A stretch of DNA of 40,045 bases from IMG/VR virus record IMGVR_UViG_3300025465_000001; one strand, written 5' to 3'. Both the position numbers and the translations under genes were made by a program. Source of the DNA: a virus. Positions 23,724 to 32,221 of this stretch are shown in pieces. Every line of letters starts with the position of its first letter. The first letter of the stretch is position 1. Under the pieces are notes generated by a model that saw only the letters and a list, made by a program, of their open reading frames with translations, had not been told where the DNA came from and made no database searches.

Positions 23724-24437
23724 ATGAAGAAGGCAATATTTTTATTTGATTACACAGGAATTATGGCTAAACCCTGGGCTGACGCCGGTTATTTGTGTTA
23801 CTGCTTTGACGGTCAGCACCCGTTAGGCGTATCTAAATCTAGCCATGAAAACATATTAAATGTTGGCGCATGGTTTAGTAAAAATTGCACAGGTGATTTA
23901 TTAAGGGAGGATATAGATAAAATTATCGGCGTTACCGGTAAAGATATTGATTTCTTATTCGGCTTTCCTGAGTGCACTGATTTAGCCGTTAGTGGTGCGG
24001 CTCATTTTGCTAAAAAGCGAGATAGCAACCCATACTTTCAAGATGAGGCTATGATGCTATTTTATCTCGTTGAGGCACTAGGTGTTGAGCTTGATTGCCC
24101 TTGGGGATTAGAGAACCCGATAAGTGTAGCCAGCACATTATGGAGAAAGCCAGACTTTAAATTTCACCCTTACGAGTATGGAGGTTATTTACCTGAAGAT
24201 GATATACATCCAACTTACCCGAAATACATAAGGGCGCGTGACGCTTACCCTAAAAAAACCTGTATTTGGTCAAATGATAAATTTGTTATGCCAAGTAAAA
24301 AGCAGGTGCATTGTGATGAGGGTTATTCAGACCAGCACCATAAACTAGGAGGTAGAAGTTTAAAAACTAAAAACATCAGAAGCGCAACACCTCGCGGATT
24401 TGCACAGGCTGTATTTGAATATAATAGCGCCAGCTAA
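23724..24437 (+). CDS. Minimal C5-cytosine-methyltransferase-like protein (237 aa)
   Basis: FGFPECTDLAVSG resembles motif IV (PC), GLENP resembles motif VI (ENV), and RSATPRGFAQAV resembles the C-terminal TPRE-like motif. Unusually short. Confidence 0.55.
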   Translation: MKKAIFLFDYTGIMAKPWADAGYLCYCFDGQHPLGVSKSSHENILNVGAWFSKNCTGDLLREDIDKIIGVTGKDIDFLFGFPECTDLAVSGAAHFAKKRDSNPYFQDEAMMLFYLVEALGVELDCPWGLENPISVASTLWRKPDFKFHPYEYGGYLPEDDIHPTYPKYIRARDAYPKKTCIWSNDKFVMPSKKQVHCDEGYSDQHHKLGGRSLKTKNIRSATPRGFAQAVFEYNSAS

Positions 24438-24455
24438 CAACTAGCGCTGAATAGG

Positions 24456-24827
24456 TTAAAACATACCATTATCACGAGCTTTACCGCCACCGAATAACCA
24501 AGTAGCAGCAAACCATGAGCGAGAGCGGAACCATCTGCCCTCGCTTTTTAGTATATCGCTTAGTATTTTAGATGCTTGCCAGTTAGTACAAAGAGTTCCA
24601 TCGCTAAAGCACCCCTCGCGGCAAGCTACGTCATGAAATAACCATCCAAAGCTATCTATGTCCATTGCACCCGAAGCACCGTCATACGGCTTGTCAGAGG
24701 CTTTAATCTTTAAGTGCTTTTGATATCGCTTGCTAAAGTAATCTTTATCTCTCATTACCTGGTAGCCTAAAACAACGCCAGCCCCGCTTTTGATTGGCTC
24801 AATGTAATCGTAAATTGATTCTTTCAT
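24456..24827 (-). CDS. DUF1353-like protein (lone minus-strand gene in the rightward arm)
   Basis: YDGASGAMD...WLFHDVACREG resembles the DGAS...HD pattern. The track start at 24836 is GTG; the ATG at 24827 has AGGTG as SD. Confidence 0.5.
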   Translation of the reverse strand: MKESIYDYIEPIKSGAGVVLGYQVMRDKDYFSKRYQKHLKIKASDKPYDGASGAMDIDSFGWLFHDVACREGCFSDGTLCTNWQASKILSDILKSEGRWFRSRSWFAATWLFGGGKARDNGMF

Positions 24828-24896
24828 GTTATACACCTGTAAATCCGTTGCTCATACTGTTAACTCCAAAGCGTTAAGTTTAACATAAATAAAAAC

Positions 24897-24925
24897 TTGA
24901 CGTATAGCTATGCTTAAACTATGCT
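24897..24925 (+). promoter_or_regulatory. Sigma70-like promoter
   Basis: TTGACG, 17-nt spacer, TATGCT. Lies upstream of the RHH-like ORF at 24957. Confidence 0.4.
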
Positions 24926-24956
24926 GTACATATTGATTAACAAATAAGGGTTTTGG

Positions 24957-25091
24957 ATGATTAAGAAAGAGTGCAGATTTCAGGAAGAGTTAAATAAAGC
25001 AATTCAGCAATATGCAGATTTGTTTTGCGAAGGTAATTTTAATTTAGCTGTTCGTCAATTGTGTAAAAAAGGATTAGGCAATGAAAAGTAA
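24957..25091 (+). CDS. Small ribbon-helix-helix-like protein (44 aa, not in the track)
   Basis: TAAGGG as SD. MIKKECRFQEELNKAIQQYADLF...NLAVRQLCKKGL parallels the 19278 protein. Confidence 0.45.
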   Translation: MIKKECRFQEELNKAIQQYADLFCEGNFNLAVRQLCKKGLGNEK

Positions 25092-25344
25092 GCAGGCAAC
25101 ACAAGACCTCATGCTACAGGTAGCTGATGCGAGAATAAAAAATCTAGTTGATTTAAATGATGGTCTAACTATTGAGGTTGAAATTGAAAAGTCATTCAAC
25201 AAAGCACTTCAAGCGGATAAAGATAGACTCCACGATTTGCTTGATAACTCAGAAAACAATGTTAAGCGGGTAAGCTTGCCTAGACCGTTTGAAGTTGTTG
25301 TTATGTTACCACCACTAAAGAGGATTGATTATGAAAATTATTAA
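25081..25344 (+). CDS. Hypothetical coiled-coil protein (87 aa)
   Basis: The ORF overlaps the end of the upstream gene by 11 nt. Confidence 0.55.
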   Translation: MKSKQATQDLMLQVADARIKNLVDLNDGLTIEVEIEKSFNKALQADKDRLHDLLDNSENNVKRVSLPRPFEVVVMLPPLKRIDYENY

Positions 25345-25510
25345 AGGTTTAATAAAAGCCTTGATAAAGAAAGATAATTTACCAGATGAAATAATATGCT
25401 TATCTTGTTTAACCACTCAATCAACAGCGCGAATAATTGCTAACGATGATGCTTGTGTTATATGTGATTGCAAAATAGACCCGTATAACTTAAGTGATAT
25501 AGAGGTTTAG
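25331..25510 (+). CDS. Small Cys-rich (CxxC...CxxC) protein
   Basis: The track start at 25325 is TTG; the ATG at 25331 has AGAGGA upstream. Contains CLSC...CVIC. Confidence 0.5.
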   Translation: MKIIKGLIKALIKKDNLPDEIICLSCLTTQSTARIIANDDACVICDCKIDPYNLSDIEV

Positions 25511-25626
25511 TTAAACTTGGTTTAGTAACATAACCATACATATTAGCCGGAAAATGTAACTTTATTTTTCCGCGCTGAATTCGGTTGTTAGCAGTTGAAT
25601 TGCTAGCACCACACTAACGGAGAGAA

Positions 25627-25818
25627 ATGATGAATTTACCTACTGATAGATTTCACTGTATTTATAGGAGTTACGGGCGTTTGATTTTATTTATACCATT
25701 TAAAGGATGGCTGGTTAACTATGATGATTATGGTGTTCAGTTTATGGAGAAGGGATTAGATCAACCGATTGGGAAATTCCATAATTACCGATTACATAAA
25801 TTAAAAGGATTAGGGTGA
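25627..25818 (+). CDS. Hypothetical protein (63 aa)
   Basis: GGAGAG as SD, ATGATG start. Confidence 0.5.
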   Translation: MMNLPTDRFHCIYRSYGRLILFIPFKGWLVNYDDYGVQFMEKGLDQPIGKFHNYRLHKLKGLG

Positions 25819-25819
25819 T

Positions 25820-26023
25820 ATGGGTAACGTAAAAAAAATAGGCACACCAAAAAGCCCTAGTAGCATCGCATTAATGACAGCAATTGAGGATGCCATAGAA
25901 GATATTGCACCAGATAATATGACAGCAATTGAGGTGCTGGGCGTACTTGATGTGGTAGCAAGACGATTTTACGATGATAAATTATCACTGATCAAGGTGG
26001 TAATTGATGAGGCTGGATTGTAA
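25820..26023 (+). CDS. Hypothetical protein (67 aa)
   Basis: Starts 1 nt after the upstream stop. GGGTG as SD. Confidence 0.5.
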   Translation: MGNVKKIGTPKSPSSIALMTAIEDAIEDIAPDNMTAIEVLGVLDVVARRFYDDKLSLIKVVIDEAGL

Positions 26024-26178
26024 TTCCTGCTAACACTACAATTAAGAAGAAACACGCAAACACGGAACGGGTATATAGTTAAATCAATTACTTAGCTTTT
26101 ATTTATTCCGTAATTACAGCAGAAACACGGAAACTATTATAGGTGTTTCCGCCTTTCACTCATCAACCAGAGGTGGTT

Positions 26179-26277
26179 ATGCTAGAAGGACAAATGTACT
26201 ACTTAAAACTATTTTATATACTTTGTGCTGTTGCTGTTTGCATGATGCCGGCACAGATTTATTTGTTTAATCAATGA
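26179..26277 (+). CDS. Possible 32-aa hydrophobic peptide (holin-like candidate)
   Basis: AGAGGTGG as SD. MLEGQMYYLKLFYILCAVAVCMMPAQIYLFNQ. Lies directly upstream of the endolysin gene. Confidence 0.3.
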   Translation: MLEGQMYYLKLFYILCAVAVCMMPAQIYLFNQ

Positions 26278-26309
26278 AGATAATAATGCTAAATTTAAAG
26301 GAGACAGTA

Positions 26310-26696
26310 ATGCTACCGAAAACGAAAAACTTTAATCCGCTAGTTGATTTAAAATTAAGCTGCACTTGTGGTGAAGATGGATGCGATAAAAGAAGCACCA
26401 AGCAAATGCTTTTAAATATGCTGCAGAAGGTTAGAGATGATTATGGCTTGCCGATGATAGTAACGTCAGGCGGTCGCTGTCCTTTGCATGTAGCAGAAAA
26501 GCGAAGAATCGTACCCGCTGACCATCAAAAGTGCTTAGGCGTTGATATACGAATCACAGGGCTATCAATGGGGGCTAAGTTGGCGGCAATTGCGGGTAAA
26601 TATGGATTTAATGCTATAGCCATTAATTTAGAGTTGGGATTTATTCATTTAGGATATAGACCAGAGAATAACAAAATAGTTACTTGGGAGTATTAA
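26310..26696 (+). CDS. Endolysin, peptidase M15 (Zn D,D- or L,D-peptidase) family
   Basis: SGGRCPLHVAEKRRIVPADHQKCLGVDIR...GFIHLGY matches the SxxR..H...H..G.A.D...H pattern. The ATG at 26310 has AAGGAGA as SD; the track start is 26274. Confidence 0.8.
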   Translation: MLPKTKNFNPLVDLKLSCTCGEDGCDKRSTKQMLLNMLQKVRDDYGLPMIVTSGGRCPLHVAEKRRIVPADHQKCLGVDIRITGLSMGAKLAAIAGKYGFNAIAINLELGFIHLGYRPENNKIVTWEY

Positions 26697-26697
26697 C

Positions 26698-26778
26698 ATG
26701 ACTATAGCAATCCTTTGCTACATAGCCTTAGTGATTTTAATTTTACGGTTTAATCATAATGCTAAGGTTACCAGATAA
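26698..26778 (+). CDS. Possible 26-aa TM peptide downstream of the endolysin
   Basis: MTIAILCYIALVILILRFNHNAKVTR. The ATG lies 1 nt after the endolysin stop. Confidence 0.3.
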   Translation: MTIAILCYIALVILILRFNHNAKVTR

Positions 26779-26784
26779 AATAAA

Positions 26785-26809
26785 GTAGCACTCGTTTATA
26801 GGGTGCTGC
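26785..26809. terminator. Hairpin between the convergent rightward and leftward operons
   Basis: GTAGCACTC-GTTTATA-GGGTGCTGC, a 9-bp stem including 2 GU pairs. The flanks are moderately T/A-rich. Confidence 0.45.
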
Positions 26810-26861
26810 TGCTTTAGGTTGTGTTGATTGTGTGTTTAATAATAAATCTAAAGTTTTACCT

Positions 26862-28940
26862 TTAAATTACTCCATCTGCAATATCACCTTGAGTAGCCCC
26901 GTAGTTTTGATGAAACAATTTAACACCAGAACCGCCGCCTATGCTCATTTTTGTTCTATCATCAACGGCGTTATCTCTGATTATTCTACGGCCACCACCA
27001 GAAGCTCCCGTTATGCTGATGGTGTTTGCTCCGCTAGAAAGTAAATCACTATCTCTAACTTGTACTAGGGCGTAATTACCATCACCGTCAACGGTTACTG
27101 CTGAATCACAATCGCCATCACTGTAACAATCATTAACGTCAAGCCTAATCCCTTCGCCAGCCCCTTTAATATGGATATCAGGATGAGCGCCTGAAGATGT
27201 GTTGTTTTCTATACTTTGACCGTTATTAATTTTAACACTCCTAAGTCCATCACTTGCAGTTCCTAGCAATCTTTCTACAAGTATAGAGCCTTTGCCGTTG
27301 TTGAATGTGTAGTAAGATAGTATGTTTAAATCAATTCTACTCTGACCAGCCAAGTCATACTTGGCAACAAAAGGATAGCCAGCATTACCTTCACCGTAAA
27401 TATATTTAAAGTTTATTTGACCGCCCCATCTGCATCTTATGCCGTCGAATGCAGAGCCTATAGAAATGCCTGAATCACAACTACCCTCCATTGCCTCTAT
27501 TAGTATAGGTGCTTCCTCTGTGTCGTCTGCATTAGCACCTGTATAGCCAATATTATATAGTAAGTCAGCGGCCTGTATCTTCCATAAATATGATACTCTG
27601 TCACAATTAACGCTTCTAAATCTACGTATAGATAGGTTTCTCATGTGATACGAGCTAAAAACATCACTTGTTCTAACTGCGCCCGTTAAGCCTTTGGCGT
27701 TTTCAACGTGACAATTAACCTTGTTAATCCCTGTTGCGTATCCTGTACCCTCATGAATAAAAGCGGAAGCCCAATTGACAGAGTGTATGTCAATATCTAA
27801 GTCAGCGTGTAGCGTATCGTCACCAGTACCATGAGGATTATGAACTAACATAGCATCGTTCTTATTTAATGCTGTACCCTTAACTTTGATTACTGGTGCT
27901 TGTAATCTACATAGTAATTCAATAGCTGACTCTGTTAATGAGCCATTACCCGAATCGTGAATTGTACAATCTACTTTCAATTCTGTAACGCTTGGAAGTG
28001 GCGACACACCACCACCAAAACCTAGCAGTCCGGTAAGGTTGTTGTCAGTTTCATAGTTAACAGCTATGTCAAGGCCGCTATTAATACCAATAAATACCTT
28101 AACAGCACCCAATGTACTGTGTGGCTTTATAGTCCCGCCTGTGCTTCTTATTTTAGAGTTTGGTGAAAGATTGACCTGATCAATGCGAAAAGATCCGTTT
28201 GAAAAATCACAAGTGGCCCCAACTGCAACACATGTATTGTAAAATTCCTGAGCTGCACCTAGTGGACTATCTGAGCCGTTAGGTAACAAACCGTAAGCAA
28301 CGGGGTTTTCAATGTCTACTAAGTCAATACTTTGATTAACCGATGTACTGGCAATAATATTAAAAGTGTTAGCAGTACCAGTGCCAGTAATCTTTGTAAA
28401 ATCAGCATCACGATCATTAAGGTGTATAGTTTTACCAACTGGGAATACTATTGTACTAGCTTGATATTCCGCGACTGTATCGAATATATAAGCCTGTGAC
28501 AGATCGTTGATTAGATCAATTGTTGCCGCACTTGCTGCTGCCGCATTCTCTGAAACTAAAGCCGCCGCCGCACTTGCCTCCGATGCCGCTTGAGCCGTTA
28601 CACAATCAGCAAGTATGCCTTGAAACTCTATCAATTCAGCGCTTGATACTGGTACAAGGGCATTTAATAACTCTGGAATGCTTGTTGCTGGATTGTCAGA
28701 GTTAACCGTTGCAACACCTAAGTTTTTAAATTGCTGCGTCCGAACATCTTTATACTCAACTAACACTAGCCCGTATTGTAATGGTAGAGAGTAAGTTCCC
28801 GCAGGGTTTACGGTAATTAAAGAAACTGCGCTCTCTACCGTTTCTCCAGTTGTGCTTTTATGCGTGAACCTTATTTGATCACCAACGGCCAAATCTCCAT
28901 TTGGATCTAGAAGCGTGCCTGATAATGTAATAAATGCCAT
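26862..28940 (-). CDS. Tail fibre/tailspike with a beta-helix (pectate-lyase-like) body
   Basis: The N-terminus MAFITLSGTLLDPNGDLAVGDQIRFTHKS resembles the lambdoid tail-fibre N-terminal domain. It is followed by an Ala-rich linker and a long Gly/Asn/Ser/Asp beta-rich region. Last gene of the tail module. Confidence 0.75.
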   Translation of the reverse strand: MAFITLSGTLLDPNGDLAVGDQIRFTHKSTTGETVESAVSLITVNPAGTYSLPLQYGLVLVEYKDVRTQQFKNLGVATVNSDNPATSIPELLNALVPVSSAELIEFQGILADCVTAQAASEASAAAALVSENAAAASAATIDLINDLSQAYIFDTVAEYQASTIVFPVGKTIHLNDRDADFTKITGTGTANTFNIIASTSVNQSIDLVDIENPVAYGLLPNGSDSPLGAAQEFYNTCVAVGATCDFSNGSFRIDQVNLSPNSKIRSTGGTIKPHSTLGAVKVFIGINSGLDIAVNYETDNNLTGLLGFGGGVSPLPSVTELKVDCTIHDSGNGSLTESAIELLCRLQAPVIKVKGTALNKNDAMLVHNPHGTGDDTLHADLDIDIHSVNWASAFIHEGTGYATGINKVNCHVENAKGLTGAVRTSDVFSSYHMRNLSIRRFRSVNCDRVSYLWKIQAADLLYNIGYTGANADDTEEAPILIEAMEGSCDSGISIGSAFDGIRCRWGGQINFKYIYGEGNAGYPFVAKYDLAGQSRIDLNILSYYTFNNGKGSILVERLLGTASDGLRSVKINNGQSIENNTSSGAHPDIHIKGAGEGIRLDVNDCYSDGDCDSAVTVDGDGNYALVQVRDSDLLSSGANTISITGASGGGRRIIRDNAVDDRTKMSIGGGSGVKLFHQNYGATQGDIADGVI

Positions 28941-28942
28941 TG

Positions 28943-29107
28943 TTATTTATTCCTGTATAGGTTTGTGACAAACTTTTCGTCAACGTGCTTTTCAATTTCT
29001 GATTTAATATCAGGTAATTCTTGTTTGCTGTTGCTTTGTTTCGCTGATTTTAACTCTTCTATTTCAGACTCAATTCTATTTAGCCTTTCTAGTAACGTTT
29101 CGCTCAT
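28943..29107 (-). CDS. Small coiled-coil protein (54 aa, not in the track)
   Basis: MSETLLERLNRIESEIEELKSAK... Fills the gap between the Tal-like and fibre genes. The plus-strand ORF 28965..29150 is its shadow. Confidence 0.4.
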   Translation of the reverse strand: MSETLLERLNRIESEIEELKSAKQSNSKQELPDIKSEIEKHVDEKFVTNLYRNK

Positions 29108-29146
29108 TGTGGGACCTTACTTTTTAATTTTGTTAATTGTAACATA

Positions 29147-31474
29147 TTAATGATCACCCGCGCCGTTGATGTATCTTGAAGGTGTATCACCAAAAAATGT
29201 AACTGTAGCGCCATTATCTACAACACCACTACCAGCCGCACCACCTGTTGCACCGTTGTTAGCTCCAGCTAAACCCCAGCCCGAACCAGAACCGTCAATT
29301 TCTCCGTTAGAGCCAGCGCTACCAGGCGATACTCCTCCGCCAATAGCTATACCAGCGTCACCACCAACACCAGCCGAGCGACCATCACCGCCGTTACCAC
29401 CGTCACCAGATGTGTAATTTGGCGAAATGCCAGTATGATTAAAGCCACCAGACCCACCACTAGGCGCACGTATATAACCATCAGCAACAGGAAAAGCCAC
29501 TGAAGTAGTTGCTCCGCTAAAATATATGTCAGTATCAACACCATCAGCATTGTAAACAATGCCGCCAGCAGTGCCATTTACAGGAGGTAAGAATATAGCG
29601 TCATCGGAAATAACATCCCCACCTCTTCCGCCATTGCCGCCCGCTGCTTGACCATCAAAACCATTAACAAGTATTATTGTTAACTTAGAACCAGCAGGGA
29701 AGTTGCCAGCACTAATTGATGTGTTACCAAATGAATAGCTGCCATCAAGTACAAATGTTAAATCTACAGCCTGTGAAGGTGCACCGCCAAGTATAAATAA
29801 ATTAACCTCGCCTAGTGGAGAGTCTAAAACTATTTCTGAACCGCTATTAAATGCAGCTTCATACGACATAGTTTTTACATCGTAAGTCCTACCAGCTTTT
29901 CCATACTTAGGGTTTATTTTTAATATTTGAGCGCGTATATTCCCTGATATTGCCCCGCTTGGGCCTTGATCAACAGTTGTAACTAAATCAACAACATCAC
30001 CAGTATTAAATTTTAAAACTCTTTCCTCTACTTCAAAGCTACGAATATAAGGCGTAAATTTAAAGCGGCTAACATATCTTTGAGTTAATAGATCAGCAGC
30101 ATCTTTTGTCAAAAGAAAATTATTATCAAATTGCTTATCTTTATGCTTTCCATAAAACGCTGGAGTAGCCAAGATATTATCGGCAAACTGACTTCCTTTT
30201 TTATAGCTACCTATATCATCACTACTGGTTAGATTTCTTTTGTCATATAAAACCAAGGCCCTAGATGCTCTAATTGACTCACTAGGCGCTTTACTTATAG
30301 TGTTTGAATTTATTTCCTTACCTTCAGTAAGCGTAGCTGTCGACTGCTTCCATACTGAAATCGCCGACAATTTAACTAAGTTTTCAGTAGTAGAGAACCA
30401 TAGGTCCATTAAGAACCCTGTAAGTATTCTATTTAATACGCTGTTCACGCTTGCTGACTCAGTATGCAGAGTGTTTATCTTGTCTGATGGATGCCACTCC
30501 GCAACCTCTGCCGCCCATTCTGCCGCAGGTATTAAAGCAACATTAAGATCGCTATCAACTAAAACTTTAGTGATTAACTCGTCAATAGTTTCATCATCTG
30601 ATAAATCGCATATAAATATTTCATCGCCTGCATCGTGTTCACTTGCTACTGTGCGTGTTAATAAAACCGCAGATGTAGGCGAGTAAAATGCACCACCTCT
30701 AGTAGCGACGTTTAACGTAGCTGTTGATGTTAGGTTGTTTGATACGCTTATAACCTGCATTATTTCATCGCCAACACGAATGAATACAGCCGCAGAGTAA
30801 TCCGTTTCAGCGTCAACAGGTATACTAGTCACTGAATTATTAACATCTAAGCGAATTACGCCGCCTGTATTTATTGGCCATGACTTATCATCTAGGTTAG
30901 CAACTGAGATAACATCTTTACATTCTAGCGACCAATTTCCAGATTTAGCATTTAATTTAAAAGTGTTTGAGTTGTAATATCTAGACTGCGCGCCATTAGC
31001 TAAATCGACTGAACCGTCTGGCTGCACTCGATAAAGCTTAAGCCTTACGTCTCTGTTTTCAAATATCTGTCTTTCTTCCCACTTACCGAAGAACGTGCCT
31101 TGATTTTTTACTGCATCAGTTACACCTGGAGCGCCAATATTTGGATCTTGCTTTGTAAAATCCTTAAAGGTTATTGATAAGCTGCCTCTTGCAGATAATC
31201 CATTGCCAGGCTTTAACTCTGTAGTTGTTTCTCGTATTGCAGTAATACAGCGATAAATTGGCTCACCGTTTATACTTGGCAATATAGGCGCGTTTTCATT
31301 CGTAAAGTAATAAGTCTTGTACTCATTAGCCCATGCTTGGTCACAAGTTAAAGGAGTGCCAAAGCCACCAGCACCCGAAACAGTACAAGCTCCAGTTATT
31401 ACAGGCAAGTCTATTTCAAACACTTCAAAGTGCCGTTGAACTCTCATGTCTTGAGTTGCTAAAAAAGTGCTCAT
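29147..31474 (-). CDS. Tal/gpJ-like central tail (baseplate hub) protein with a Gly-rich C-terminal domain
   Basis: 775 aa. Follows the Dit-like gene. The C-terminal ~175 aa are GGxGG-rich. Confidence 0.7.
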   Translation of the reverse strand: MSTFLATQDMRVQRHFEVFEIDLPVITGACTVSGAGGFGTPLTCDQAWANEYKTYYFTNENAPILPSINGEPIYRCITAIRETTTELKPGNGLSARGSLSITFKDFTKQDPNIGAPGVTDAVKNQGTFFGKWEERQIFENRDVRLKLYRVQPDGSVDLANGAQSRYYNSNTFKLNAKSGNWSLECKDVISVANLDDKSWPINTGGVIRLDVNNSVTSIPVDAETDYSAAVFIRVGDEIMQVISVSNNLTSTATLNVATRGGAFYSPTSAVLLTRTVASEHDAGDEIFICDLSDDETIDELITKVLVDSDLNVALIPAAEWAAEVAEWHPSDKINTLHTESASVNSVLNRILTGFLMDLWFSTTENLVKLSAISVWKQSTATLTEGKEINSNTISKAPSESIRASRALVLYDKRNLTSSDDIGSYKKGSQFADNILATPAFYGKHKDKQFDNNFLLTKDAADLLTQRYVSRFKFTPYIRSFEVEERVLKFNTGDVVDLVTTVDQGPSGAISGNIRAQILKINPKYGKAGRTYDVKTMSYEAAFNSGSEIVLDSPLGEVNLFILGGAPSQAVDLTFVLDGSYSFGNTSISAGNFPAGSKLTIILVNGFDGQAAGGNGGRGGDVISDDAIFLPPVNGTAGGIVYNADGVDTDIYFSGATTSVAFPVADGYIRAPSGGSGGFNHTGISPNYTSGDGGNGGDGRSAGVGGDAGIAIGGGVSPGSAGSNGEIDGSGSGWGLAGANNGATGGAAGSGVVDNGATVTFFGDTPSRYINGAGDH

Positions 31475-32221
31475 TTATAGCCCGTTGTATACTGTGAATT
31501 TTAAAGTAATTACATCTAGAGTAGGCGTTTGTGGATGAGACTTTACGCCCGGCATTGGATCGTAACAAATATAACTAGACTCAGGCTTATCTTGAAACTC
31601 TTTTATAAAGAAAGGCTGCTCAAAGCTAAAGTCTATGAATTCTTGCCAAGTGCCTTCTGTGAAAATAGCTAACTCATTAGGCAGTGAAAGCGCACCCTTT
31701 AAAGCTTTAGCTCTTTGTGTTGAAGATATCGGACCAACTTCTAACGTGCTATTACTTCTTTGTGTTACGTGCCTATTTAACCAGTTGCGAGCATAACCAG
31801 CCTGTTGGCCTGTCTCGATAGCAAGGTACTGGCCGGCAGCAATAAAGCTAACAGTCATTTGATAGTTGTTCGGCACAGTAATAAATTTAACAATTAAATC
31901 CGTAAAGTTCATTTCAGGAAACGTGAACATTATATTATTGTTTCTAGTTATTGTGACCGTATCAATTAAAGTAACATTATCATAAAGCTCTATGGTTGCT
32001 GTTGCTGGCGTTGCTGCCGTATGTCCTGAAATAGCAACATAGCTAATGTTACTTTGTGCACCATAGCTCGCCTGAAAATCACCGATTGCAGTACCGCAAG
32101 TGTAATTTAAGGAATGATCAGGGTCGGATATATTTGCCGCTACCTCACCTGTACCAGCATCCGTAATCGTTGGAACTACGCCAATCAATACGTTTGATGT
32201 CGATATTGCTAATTCAGCCAT
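31475..32221 (-). CDS. Distal tail protein (Dit)-like
   Basis: 248 aa, immediately after the tape measure gene with ATGA-type overlaps. Assignment rests on position and size. Confidence 0.55.
   Translation of the reverse strand: MAELAISTSNVLIGVVPTITDAGTGEVAANISDPDHSLNYTCGTAIGDFQASYGAQSNISYVAISGHTAATPATATIELYDNVTLIDTVTITRNNNIMFTFPEMNFTDLIVKFITVPNNYQMTVSFIAAGQYLAIETGQQAGYARNWLNRHVTQRSNSTLEVGPISSTQRAKALKGALSLPNELAIFTEGTWQEFIDFSFEQPFFIKEFQDKPESSYICYDPMPGVKSHPQTPTLDVITLKFTVYNGL

Noticed and set aside
29166-29417. Pro-rich 83-aa plus-strand ORF
   Set aside because: It is the antisense shadow of the Gly-rich (GGN codon) C-terminal region of the 775-aa tail protein. It has no SD.
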